Positions 47,990 to 60,443 of a DNA stretch of 64,000 bases are shown piece by piece (positions within the stretch are counted from its first letter, which is position 1; every line of letters starts with the position of its first letter). The position numbers were made by a program, and so were the translations under genes. The stretch spans positions 5,146,001-5,210,000 of the forward strand of contig JBHGNT010000008.1 in NCBI GenBank assembly GCA_043228905.1, written 5' to 3'. Below the pieces are notes generated by a model. That model saw only the letters and a program-made list of their open reading frames with translations. It was not told where the DNA came from and did no database searches. The stretch comes from Azolla caroliniana (lineage: Eukaryota; Plantae; Polypodiophyta).

Positions 47990-50230
47990 CAAATGATGTG
48001 AACTAACAATAACAAACACATTGTAATGATACACATTGGATCCAATTTTATTCCTTGTCGATGCACATAACATTTTTTCTGCTATTAGGATGCTAATAGC
48101 ATACATTCCACCCTATTTGTTGATGGGACCTAAATACCAAGACATTTGAAGCTTTGCACACATATATTACTTTACCATTGTATGGAATAGTGGGGTATTG
48201 GTTGGATTGCCTTTATTGCCACGATCTTTGTTTGGTCTACGTGAACAATTAGCTCATTGATTTGGCAAAATGTACAATACATCATGTAAGTGTTGCATGC
48301 CATCCAAATTATATTGGAATAACACAATTTCATCAACACATATTAGTAGAAAAACAAACTCTTAGCGTGAGTTATGGGCCATCTAATCCTTCTTCTTTTG
48401 TGTTCTTGTTTACTATTTCTTCAAATTTATCCACCATCTAATCCTCCTTCTTTTGTGTTCTTGTTTACTATTTCTTCTAATTTATCGACGCATATAGACC
48501 AAAGAGTGTGGGAGAGAGTGGACACCCTAGCTTGACCCCATGTTGCTCAAGAAGTACTTCAAGAAATCACTTTATCCTAACTTGCTCATTTAACCATGCC
48601 ACAATTGCTCTATATTCTAATCACATTCCGATCTCCATCATTCTTTTCGAAAGCTCACTCATGGTATAGTGTCAAAGGATTTCTTGAAGTCAACAAAACA
48701 CTAATATGGTGTTTCCCGTGAAGTCACCTTTCTTCTATAATTACTTAGTGTAACCAAATGATTGACACTAGAACGATTTGTTCTAATGCTTGCTTGTCCC
48801 ATACTAAAATATTTAGTAGACAATACATATGCTAAGTATCTTAAAAGTAGTCTACCTTTTAAAAAAAATACTTAGAATATGTATTCTAAAGATAAAAGAT
48901 GTAGAATATGCTAATACGTAGAATACGCATAGAATATATAGACCGCTTTAAATACTCTTATATTTGTATTCAATCTAATAATGATTTTTATGCCAAAATT
49001 TATTTATTTTTAGGAAATGTAAAATACTTGTTCAATACGTTTAATTCGTAGAATACCTAGAATACATTACATACGTCACATGCGGAACATTTTGAAGGTT
49101 ACAATTCTAAACACAAAATACATGTTTCTTAACTATGGCTTGACCAAGGGCTCATTTGTGATGATGTTCAACCCATGAGCTAATCTTTTAATCCATGAGT
49201 AACAATCGCCAACGGTTTGGTTCGGTTTGAGAGGGTCCAAACCGTTTAAATTTTTTGAAACCTGAACCAAACCGTGAAACCGAACCGATAAACATTTTTC
49301 AAACCGTTAACCATTAAACCGTAAAAACCGCGGTTTCGTGGTTCGGTTTCGGTTTTCAACATAGGTCAAAATTTTAATTTTTTAAAATTTATAATATTTC
49401 ATTATTTAGAATTTTTAAAATTTTTAAGATGTTCCTAAAATGTGAGAATAAGGTGTAAAAATGAAAAGATTGTTAAAAAACAATTTTAAAAATTTTTTAG
49501 AATTTTTTTAGAATTTTTAAAAAAAATTAAAAAAATTAAAAAAAAGAAACTGTTAAACCGTTTAAACCACGGTTTTTTACTGTTGAAACCAAATTGAAAC
49601 CGAACCGAATTGTTAAAAAAACCTAAACCTGAACCGAACCGTTGAAACCGTTAACCTGCGGTTTCGTTGTTCGGTTCGGTTCAAACCGAACTGTTGCCGA
49701 TTGTTATCCATGAGAGTGCTGCATAACATGGCCGGTACAAATCTAACCATGATAATTCGATACCAAATTTTTATCTCCTCCTTTAAGGATTGGTTTAATC
49801 CAATTTATGAACCAATATTTAGGAAAACCTTGCTTAATAGCTTGATTGATGATAGGTTCTATCCATTGGCAAGTTTGTGGGCTTGTCCATTTAAAGAGCG
49901 TACTTGTCATTAAAAATGCATCTAACACATTACATGTACACACATTTAAAGAAGGTTAGGATGAATCATCCTAAAAAAGGGGAATGGGTTTTGCTAGATG
50001 TTCATTACATGTAGGATGGCCAATGTCATTCTTTTTAGTCTTTCACTATGCTTCTTTTTGGTTTGTTATCTAGGTTATCATGGCTAGAGCCATTGTAATG
50101 TTTTCCACCTAAACATTTCGACATGTATGTAGAAGTTCCACTAATGAAGAATAATTTTTTTTGGAAAAAAAAATGCATCTAAGACATTGCTATTGAACAT
50201 CTTTTTTGCCCCTCTATTAACATTTTCAAT
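47990..50230 (-). pseudogene. Degenerate LINE reverse transcriptase, interrupted by at least one MITE
   Basis: Minus-strand GVKLGCPLSPTLFG (~48500-48540), FVDFKKSFDT, FKCLGI, and IKPILKGGDKNLVSNY (ORF 49743-49943). Confidence 0.75.
49200..49706. mobile_element. Non-autonomous hAT-type MITE (same family as 1028-1440) inserted in a LINE
   Basis: 8-bp TSD TCCATGAG (49192-49199, 49707-49714); 14-bp TIR TAACAATCGCCAAC / GTTGCCGATTGTTA with 1 mismatch; core GATGTTCCTAAAATGTGAGAATAAGG shared with the intronic copy. Confidence 0.9.
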
Positions 50231-50269
50231 AGATACAAATGCATTATATGGTGTTTCCATACTCGACGT

Positions 50270-51294
50270 TGTCGTGAAGATCCGTCACTACGCGCGGATC
50301 GTGAGGCGGAACCGCCGGGGTTCTGGACCAGAAGGATTTAGAGTCGATACAAGCTTTGGTGAGAAAGTACTTAAGATAGATTGGAAAAGAGAGAAGTTGA
50401 GATTACACGATTGATTTCAAAACGAATTTCTTCCTCTTAATTTTCATAAAAAAAAACCGTCCTTTTTCTCCTCCCCCTTCCCTCTTTTATAGATGCTCTC
50501 ATGCATATGATGCATGTGAGGGTACAAGACATGCATAAATTGCATGTTTGCCATTTGGCGCTTAAGTATTACATGTGGTGCATGCTAACCATGTCACTCA
50601 TTTTAGCTCTCATGTATGAGAATTTACATGTAAAAGTACAATGATAGAAATATAATTTCAACTAAATACCATGGCTTAATAATGGTAAGCCATTTGACTC
50701 CTAACTTGGAGGTGCAAGGTTTGAATCCATACTTGCCCTCCTTATATATGTAAATATGTATATATTTTTATATATTTATTTTATCTAGTCGCCGGTTCGC
50801 CGAATACCGCCGCCGGATGCCGCCGTCGAATGCCGCCGCCGCCGCCGGATACCAACGCCGCATGCCGCCATCGGATTGCTGTCGGATGTCGTCGGATCAC
50901 CGGCTCCATCGCCGGTCCGATTTTGGTTGGCCAAAACCCTTTACGAGTAGCTAGCCACCTCCACTCTAAGTTCAAGTTACCTTGAACTCTCTATGCTCCA
51001 CACATAAACACAAGGGTAATATCTTTTGCTCCACCTTATATATGATGAGAGCCGTATTTGTCGTGCCTATGTGGGATATCTCACAATTTTCTCTTTTCTT
51101 TTCACAAACTTTATACCCTCATATCTTGACATTTAGTTGTCCATTTCTCGTGTAATAAAGTGCATTCGAAACCTCCATCATTTTGTACTTAGATATTAAA
51201 AATGTTATCTTCACAATTATTGTATTACATGATTCATACTCGATTTTGTACGTTTTATGGGATTTTCACACTATTGCCGAAAATCTTCACGACA
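50270..51294 (-). mobile_element. Solo LTR (~1025 bp), probably Gypsy
   Basis: Termini TGTCGTGAAGAT..ATCTTCACGACA (12-bp inverted repeat), flanked by ACGT/ACGT (50266-50269, 51295-51298); minus-strand TATAAAAG near 50490; terminal CACGACA shared with element C. Confidence 0.7.
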
Positions 51295-51514
51295 ACGTCA
51301 TAGGAATTAGCCCATCGTGCATATAAAACTTATATACATATTTTTCCATCTATCCATCTATACATATACAACATATGTATCGTCCTTTTTGCCCTTGAGT
51401 TAGTCTCCATTCTAACTTTGATTGGAGCTTAAACATTTGTATTTTCTTTGTTTCTTGCATTTGATAATATTGTTTTGCTTTATCCTCATCATTCTTCATG
51501 CAATTTCATGGAAG

Positions 51515-51930
51515 CATGGCTTGATGGATTTGAGTAGGGGACAAGACCACAAAGGATTTCTTTTGCTCTAAGGGCCTGAGACATGCTAGAACAATGATGT
51601 GCAACCTCAATCGAGAGGATGGAATGACCACTGAGGATGGCGACAAAACGAGAAATGGTTTGATGGATTTGAATAGGGGACAAGCCCACGAAGGTTTTCT
51701 TCTGCTCCAAGGGTCTGAGACATGTTAGAACAATGATGCGTAACCTCAACTGAGAGGATGGAATGATCACTGAGGATGGCAATGAAACGAGACATGGCTT
51801 GATGGATTTGAGTAGGGGACAAGATAACGAAGGATTTCTTCCGCTCCAAGGGCCCGAAACATGCTAGAACAATGATGTGCAACCTCAACTGAGAGGATGG
51901 ATCGACCAATGAGGATGGCAACGAAACGAG
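51515..51930. repeat. 139-bp tandem repeat x3
   Basis: ATGGCTTGATGGATTTGAGTAGGGGACAAG..TAGAACAATGATG..GAGGATGG at about 51515, 51654, 51793. Confidence 0.9.
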
Positions 51931-52039
51931 GAATATAGCCACAACTTATTATAAGTGACTACTACCAAAGATAGGTTGGCCACAAGAGAAGACACAAGAG
52001 AAGATATTATCCTCCAGAGGATACCCCAGAAAGTCATGC

Positions 52040-53830
52040 CGAAAATGAACACATGGCTTACTCGTCCCCTATCATCATCGAAATATGGGAGGCACTCTTC
52101 GATTTGGATGCAAATAGCTGTCCCATAATTGATGACCTCACTCCTCAATTCTTCACTAATCTTTGGGATATTATTAAAGAAGGCCTCCTCCAGACGTATG
52201 AGTATATAATCACCTCTGGAAATATGCCGAATGAATTTGGACAAGGGATGATCCATCTAATTCCTAAAAGTGGTGGGAATGCCAACGACATTGGTAAGTG
52301 GTGGCCCATAACTAATCTCAATATTGTCTATAAGCTGCTCGCAAAAATCATGGCACACTTCCTAACATCACTTCTTCCTCAAATTATTCATATCTCGTAG
52401 ACAGGGTTTGTTAAAAATCGGAGCATCATGGACAACCTTTCTCATTCTTGGAAGCCGTAGCCCTTGCCAAGCGTCCAACAACAAAGTAGTTATGGTGCTG
52501 CCAGATTTCGAGAAAGCCTATGATAGGGTATGTTGGAATTTTCTAGAAAGCGTGATGGGGAAACTCGGCTTCCAAGAGTCATGGGTCAAAGGCACTGCAA
52601 CCCTCTATAGGAATGCCAACAATTGCATATCACTAGCAGGTGAAAGGGCCCTCCTACCAAATATCACAATTTGTGCAACGGGGATGCCCACTGGCTCCAT
52701 CCCTATTTCTCTTATACACTAAAGCCCTCTCTAGCTTTCTCAACTCGCGACATCTAAATATACATGGTCTTCCTGTGCCACTCTCACCAATGCCTCCTAG
52801 GTATAGAATTTCCAGTCTATGACACTATAGTTTATATGCAAGGGGACGTGGAAAATCTAAAGAAGCTAGAAAGTGGACTATTCTTGTTTTGCAAGAGGTC
52901 AGGTATTACTCGCAATGGTGTGGTATAGCCTATCATGTTGGACAATCTCCAAGAAAGTATACATCAGATTCACTACATTTGGTCTGGTAAGGTTTACATG
53001 ATGGAAAGGGGCGAATTGGGCCCCTCAAATGAGATGGATTTTAAACATGGATCTCAAACCAAGCTTCTCACGCCAATTGGAGGATAGATTCAGTGCATCC
53101 ATGTGGTAGACATGGTGTGACATAAGACGATAACTCAAGTGTGATCAGTCAATGCATCTTGTGGAACCCATGTATCATAGATGAATCCGGTCAACTAATT
53201 GGATCAAGGGGCTATCACGGGGAAGCATTGCAGAAGGTCCAAGAAAGAGTATAGAATACTGGAGACGATGTATGTCATTGCCACTACAAGATCAAGACAA
53301 CATACTCCATGGAATCAGGGGTAGATGGAAGTCTATGAGATCTGAAATTATGAACACTCTATTGCTTGGGGAAGTTGCTAATCAAAGGACGGCAATGGAG
53401 AATTGGATAGGCTTATGAGGGGGGGGGGGGGGGGGGGCTCCTTGATCCCAAGAAGTAGGGAAACACCGGACAGGATCCAAGGCCATGAACTATGAGACAA
53501 TGAGGTACCAACATCGAACATGGCAATTCAAGTACTCGCATATACATGTCGTAAATGGATTGTAGACCCCGATCGGATCAAAGTAAAACAAGAATGACAC
53601 ATATGTATTCATGAAAACACATGGCTATGTAAGGTAAGTTGGGACCCTTTGCAATGGACGTGGCACGATCCTTATGCGGGTCCAGGAAGCAAAGCCATCC
53701 CTTTCTTCCAATTCATGACTAGATTGGTTGAGTACTCACATATACAAGTCGTAAATGGATCGTAGACCCCGATCCGATCAAAGTAAAACTAGAATGACAC
53801 ATATGTATTCATGAAAACACATGGCAAGCA
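52040..53830 (+). pseudogene. Degenerate L1-type LINE ORF2 (RT)
   Basis: FFTNLWDII..GMIHLIPK..WPITNLNIVYKLLAK, DFEKAYDRVCWNFL, GCPLAPSLF; ~95-bp duplication at ~53531 and ~53731. Confidence 0.75.
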
Positions 53831-54723
53831 AATGGATGGACACCTCCCTACATAGTTCCACAACCATCCCATGTTTTTGCGACAATTGACGACCTACGAA
53901 AATTGACAAATGATGGCTTGCATGGTCCAATGAACAATTATCATCTATTCCAACAAACTAGTTGCATTTTCCCTTAACATTCAGATGATAACTTCACTTA
54001 CACTAGAGATAGTTATAACTTATGAGGAATCATGCACCAATTTTGAGTCTACAACAAATTTTTCAAAGAACTCAAATCTCAATCCTTCAATAAATTCAAA
54101 AATTGATGACAAAAGGATTTTTTTTGAGAATTACCAACACTTCAAAGAAAAATGAAAACCAAAAGAACAACGTGGACGAACTTATAGAGATGATTGAACC
54201 AGTTGAAGCATTAATGGTAGAGCTAGACAATAATGGCATTGCCCATGAACCTTTCAATGTTTATCCTTAATATTTCAACTTAACTCCGTAGCAGTCTCTC
54301 CATGGTCCAGATGTTACCTAATGGAAGGTGATCATGCAAACAAGATTGGATGCTCAAAATCGCAATAGGAGTTGGACCTCAATTCTACACCCAAAGGATC
54401 ACAACCTCATTTCACGCAAATGGCTCCCTATCAAGAAAATTGATGCTTGTGGCATTGTAATTGATTTAAGGCACATGGCGTTGCTAGACGATTTTCACAA
54501 AATTCATGGTGTCAAATTTCAAGATAGATTTGAAACTACTTTGATGATGGTGCCTCTATGTGCTATATTCTCTATTTATGTCAGCATTAAACTCGACATC
54601 AATACCACTTTTCTACATGGAGATCTCAATGTAGAGATTTACATGGAGCAACCAACCCGTTTTGCAGATCCAAGATTCTTGGGCTATGCTTGCAAACTTC
54701 ATAATACACAAATGGTTTGAAAC

Positions 54724-57700
54724 TGTCATGATATGACAAGACTCGAACCCATGACCTTAGGTTATATGGGTCGAACTCTTGACCATTATATTATCTATTA
54801 TGATACGTATGATATTATTTTCATTTACATTTTATTATAGGAAATTAATGTATATTCCAGATTTCTCTGGAACATTCTAGAAGCTTCAGGATTACTACTG
54901 AGAACACTATAAAAGAGGGCACTAGGCATTATGTTGAACCAAATTGGTTCAACGCCAATCTTTAGCCTCATAGTTCTTTTGTACTTACTCTTCTTATAAT
55001 ATATAATCTATTATCATCATCTCTCTCTCTCTCTCTCTCTCTCGTCCTCGCTATCTCTCTCTCTCTCTCTCTCCTCTTCTCTCTTCCTCTCTTGGGAGTC
55101 TTACGCAATCCCGTCCTCTTAGTACTACCAATTTTCCCTTCTGTCTCTCTCCCTTCATACTAATCTCTTATTCCTCTTTTCTTTTCATCCCATGGGCATA
55201 GTTAGCGCTCAGGAATATCAATCTGTTTTCTCGGAGTTTCAATGCTTGAAAGAGAAGTTCCTTGCTTTGGAACAAGAAAATCAACGGTTGCTGGGGGATC
55301 TTCAACAAATCTCCTTAGAAAAGCAGCAAACGCAACAACAACATGGGGAACTTGCATTACGTGTGCAACAACTCGAAGCAACCATCGTAGCGATGCAACA
55401 ATAAGGCCCCGGAACACAAGGGATTCATAAGGAACCCAAGATTGGCCTTCCGACGAAGTTCGATGGAACATGATCGCAGTTTAGAGGGTTCCTTAATCAA
55501 GTACGATTAGTTATTCAAATGCATCCTTCCCGATATCCTACCGATGCATCACGAGTGGGTTTAGTAGGGACGTTGTTAAGTGGCTCAGTGTTGGCATGGT
55601 TCGCTCCACAGACAACATAAGGACCGCAATCAACAAAATCTAGCGATTACGCCAAGGAGACCGTCCAGCCTCCGCATACACTGCAGATTTCCGCCTACTC
55701 GCCGCTGACATCCCTTGGGATGATCAAGCGTTGATGGAGCAATTTCGTTATGGTTTACGCAACGATGTCAAGGATTTACTCTTGACTTTCCCTGAAGAGC
55801 CAAAGTCCTTAACAGAAGCAATCAGTCGCGCGATGAGATGTGATAACCGCCTCTTTGAGCGACGTTCGGAACGACAACTACAGATGCCGAGGGCAAGATT
55901 AGAGCCCACCTACGCCTCAATGGTAGCAAAACCTTTACCCAAGGAGTACTATAATGCGCCTCCAGTGAATACTCCAACTCCGATGGAGATTGACACTACA
56001 CGTCGTCGAGGACCATTATCCAAAGAAGAAAAGCAGCGACGCCGAACAAATCGACTATGTCTCTACTGCGGTGGACCAGGACACATTGCAATAAATTGTC
56101 CCCATAGGCCAAGAAGACAAGTAAACCAAATAGTTGCTAGTTCTAATTGTACTAACCCCGAGCCTATTATAGTAGGGATATCTGATAATACTAATAATAC
56201 TAATAGCCTAGATCTAGCGAACAAATTTGATGTCCTTAGTCAGTTAGAAGAAGAGTTAAACGACTAAGTCCAACCAAAATACGAGTCGTTTGGTTGGAAA
56301 ACCCTAGATCTGTGCAACCCATTAGTGGTTCCATTCCCTCTAAGCAAGTTAGCAATGTGTTCGTAGCCCCAGTAACAGTTAGTACTAAAAGTACCCCTCC
56401 AGTACACGTCTTAGCACTTCTAGACTCCGGGGCTAATTCTTGCTTTATGGATAGGAATTTTGCCCAAGCTCATCAGATATCTCTTAGAAAACTCCCGTGT
56501 CCAGCCTCTGTAGTCGTCATTGATGGTCATCCCAATTGCTTCCGGAAATATCATAGAAGAGTCAGAACCCATTAATATTGTCCTAGATAACTTAGCATGT
56601 GTAGTATCATTTAACATTATTAGTATCCCAGAACATCCCATCGTTTTGGGATTACCATGGTTCGAGTTACATAACCCAGACATAGATTGGAGAACAAGAG
56701 AAATCCGGTGTTGACAAACCCGAGGATCTACTCAGAAGATTGCCACCATTTCACTACATCAGTTGCGGGAAGAAGGACGCAAGGAAGAAATGTTTCTCTT
56801 CGCAATATCACTAAAACCCTCCGACACCATTAACGAGGAGTCCACCGTTCAGCTTCCAAAGAAGTATCATCATTATGCCGATGTATTCGATAAAGTACAA
56901 GCCAATACGCTTCCTCACCATCGACCATATGATTGCCCCATCGATTTACAACCGGGGAAAGAGCCACCATGGGGTCCGATCTACAATTTGTCACCAACCG
57001 AGCTAGAAGTCCTACGAGCCTATATAGAGGAGAATTTGGAGAATGGATTCATTCAACGTTCGAAAGCTCCAGCTGGTGGACCCATTTTCTTCGTCAAGAA
57101 AAAGGATGGCTCACTTCGTCTAGTGGTAGATTACCGTGGCTTGAATAAAGTTACAATCCGCAATAGGTATGCACTTCCCCTTATCTCAAGTCTTTTAGAA
57201 CGGATCAATGGTGCCAGGTTCTTCACAAAGATCGACTTACGGGGGGGGGGGGGGGGGGGGGCTATAACCTCGTACGGATCCGACCAGGAGATGAATGGAA
57301 GACCGTGTTCCGCACTAGATATGGGCACTTCGAGTATACGGTCATGTCGTTCGGCCTCACTAATGCGCCAACAGTCTTCCAACACATGGCAAATGATATA
57401 TTCCGAGATCTCGTGGATGTGTGTCTGATCATCTACTTGGATGATCTACTGGTTTATTCAAAGACCGAAGAAGAGCATGATTCTCATGTACTATTAGTAC
57501 TAAAACGACTTCGAGAACATGGTCTTTACGCAAAGCTAGAAAAATGTAGTTTCGAGTGCAACCAGGTGGAATTTCTCGACTATGTCATTTCATCAGAAGG
57601 CATCTGCATGGACCCAGCTAAGGTCAAGACAGTGGTAGAATGGCAGGCTCCGCGCTCGGTGCGGGATGTGCAATGATTTTTAGGCTTTGCCAATTTTTAC

Positions 57701-60178
57701 CGGAAGTTTATACAAGATTACTCAAAGCTCGTTTTGCCTCTCACACAACTTACCAGGAAGGGACAATCGTTTGTTTGGTCTGAAGAAGCAGATATGGCTT
57801 TCGAGAGTCTTAAAAAGGCATTTACATCGGCTCCAATTCTAGCTCATGTCGATCCGATACAACCATTCATTATCGAAGCTGACGAATCGGATTTCGCATT
57901 GGGGAGCATTTTGTCACAACGGGGTCATGATGAGAAGCTACATCCTGTGGCTTTTCACTCACGCAAGTTTGACACTGCCGAAATCAATCACGAAATTCAT
58001 GATAAGGAGCTATTGGCAATAGTGGACTTGTTTATGCAATGGTGGCATTTTTTAGAGGGATCCTCTCATCAAGTCACCGTATTCAGTGACCATAAAAACC
58101 TTGCCTACTTTCAGGATGCTCGTGTGTTAAATCAACGTCAAGCTCGATAGGCCCACTTCCTCACGCGTTTCGACTTCAAAATTACATATCGTCCGGGGAA
58201 GCATCAAGGGAAGGCAGATGCATTATCACAACGTTCGTATCTAACACCGTGTCGGCGAACCGGCTTTCGATAACCAAAAGCAAGTAATCTTGGGACTGGC
58301 ACGATTGCAAGCAACACAGGTTTTTGGCATGCCCATGGATTCCTACGTTATCAATATCATACGTGCGGACCTGAAGACAGATGCTTTCGCCCAAGCTATA
58401 CTAGCACAAATTGATCCCTCTCGAGCGTCGTGTTCACAGTCGCAACCACCAAGTACAGACTATCGACAATTCAAATACCATGATGGATTACTCTTCTTTA
58501 AAGAACTTTTGTATGTTCCTAATGGTTCTTGCTGCCTTCGAGTAGTACAAAACTGTCATGACACATATACAACTGGGCATTTTGGTAGTACTAAAACATT
58601 AGATTTAGAACAACGATCATTCTGGTGGCCTAGTATGCGACAATTTGTCGAAGATTTTGTTCGGACTTGTGATACATGCTGCAGAGCGAAAATGCCAAGG
58701 CATCATCCATATGGTTTATTAGAACCATTACCAATTCCAAGCAAGCTGTGGCAATCCATTGCTCTCGACTTCATCACAGATCTTCCAGTCTCTAAGGGGT
58801 TCAATGCGATTCTAACAGTGGTAGATCAATACACGAAGATGGCTCATTTCTTGCCATGTACTAAGGAAATCTCCAGTAAAGACACCGTCGAAATTGTCAT
58901 GCGTGAAGTATGTCGGCATCATGGACTTCCCGATAGTATCGTTAGCGACCGTGGACCCCAGTTCGTGTCAAAATTCTGGAAGCACCTTTTTAAAATGCTC
59001 AAGGTCACTTGTAACCTCTCCTCCGGCTACCACCCACAAACCGACGGCCAAGCCGAACAAAGAAATCAAACACTAGAGCAGTATCTGCGGTGCTTTCTCA
59101 GCTATCATCGGGATAACTGGGCAGATATTCTCCACTCCGTTGCCTTTGCCTATAATAACTCTATCCACACATCGACTAAAGTTACGCCATTATATGCTTA
59201 TACGGGATGTCACCCTCGGTGGAGTGTACTTGAAACCCTAGAGGTGTCCACAAATCCTTGCGCGGAGGATCGTTTGGAGTAGTTACGCAAGATACAAGCA
59301 GATTTATCTACTCATCTCCAACAAGCTCAACAAACACACAAGGTCTACGCGGATCGTCATTGACTTCCATCTAGTTTTAACATTGGAGATCGGGTGTGGC
59401 TGCTACGACGACACATCAAGACTACTCGCCCATGTGAGAAGTTGGATTATCGGCGATTAGATCTTTTCCATATTATCAGAAAGATTAATGATGTCGCTTT
59501 TCATCTCGATCTACCTCCTCAACTTCGGATACATCCGGTGTTTCATAGTTCTCTCCTCAAACCCTATCACGAGAGCACCATCCCAGGACGTATTATACAA
59601 CCTCCACCCCTGATCGAGCTTGAAGATGGACCAGAGTATGAGGTTGCTGCCATCCTTGATTCCAAGATTGTTCGCAACAAGTTCTACTATCTAGTCGATT
59701 GGCTAGGCTATAGTCCCAGCGAACGTACTTGGGAACCGATCAAGAATGTGACCAATGCTCGTGCGCTTCTTGAAGACTTCCATCATCAATATCCACACAA
59801 ACCGGGTCCTCCATCCAAAACGACTCGTGACACTCATCGTTTTAAAGGGGGGATAGTGTCATGATATGGCAAGACTCGAACCCATGACCTTAGGTTATAT
59901 GGGTCGAACTCTTGACCATTATATCATCTATTGTGATACGTATGATATTATTTTCATTTACATTTTATTATAGGAAATTAATGTATATTCCAGATTTCTC
60001 TGGAACATTCTAGAAGCTTCAGGATTACTCCTGAGAACACTATAAAAGAGGGCACTAGGCATTATGTTGAACCAAATTGGTTCAACGCCAGTCTTTAGCC
60101 TCATAGTTCTTTTGTACTTACTCTTCTTATAATATATAATCTATTATCATCATCATCTCTCTCTCTCTCTCGTCCTCG

Positions 60179-60218
<40 letters not shown>

Positions 60219-60345
60219 CTCTCTTCCTCTCTCGGGAGTCTTACGCAGTCTCGTCCTCTTAGTACTAATAGTACTTCCCTTCTCTAGTACTAATTCTCTC
60301 TCTGTTTAGTACTAATCCTCTCTCTGTTTAGTACTATTCCTAACA
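54724..60345 (+). mobile_element. Ty3/Gypsy chromovirus D (Tcn1-like), near full-length, defective
   Basis: 3' LTR 59857-60345 (TG..CA); 5' LTR 54724-~55127 lacks its 3' end; near-TSD GAAAC/GAAAT; PPT AAAGGGGGGATAG. Gag (EPKIGLPTKFDG, PMEID, CLYCGGPGHIAINC; 55192-56267), protease LLDSGA, RT YLDD, RNase H, integrase and chromodomain (59394-59864). Confidence 0.94.
56255..56298 (+). promoter_or_regulatory. Putative -1 programmed ribosomal frameshift signal between gag and pol of D
   Basis: G_TTA_AAC in gag register at 56255-56261, 7-nt spacer, perfect 10-bp stem TCCAACCAAA/TTTGGTTGGA (56269-56278/56289-56298); the -1 frame is open into the protease ORF. Confidence 0.75.
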
Positions 60346-60443
60346 GAAATAGTCTCATACATTTGACGTTACAAATTGCACCCTACCTTGTTTCTATTGC
60401 CTTCAATTGTCTTCATTTAGATCACAATGTCTACATTTCCAAT

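Noticed and set aside
48800-49137. AT-rich insert with AGAATAC repeats inside the LINE (possible MITE)
   Set aside because: TIRs are poor and no TSD could be identified.
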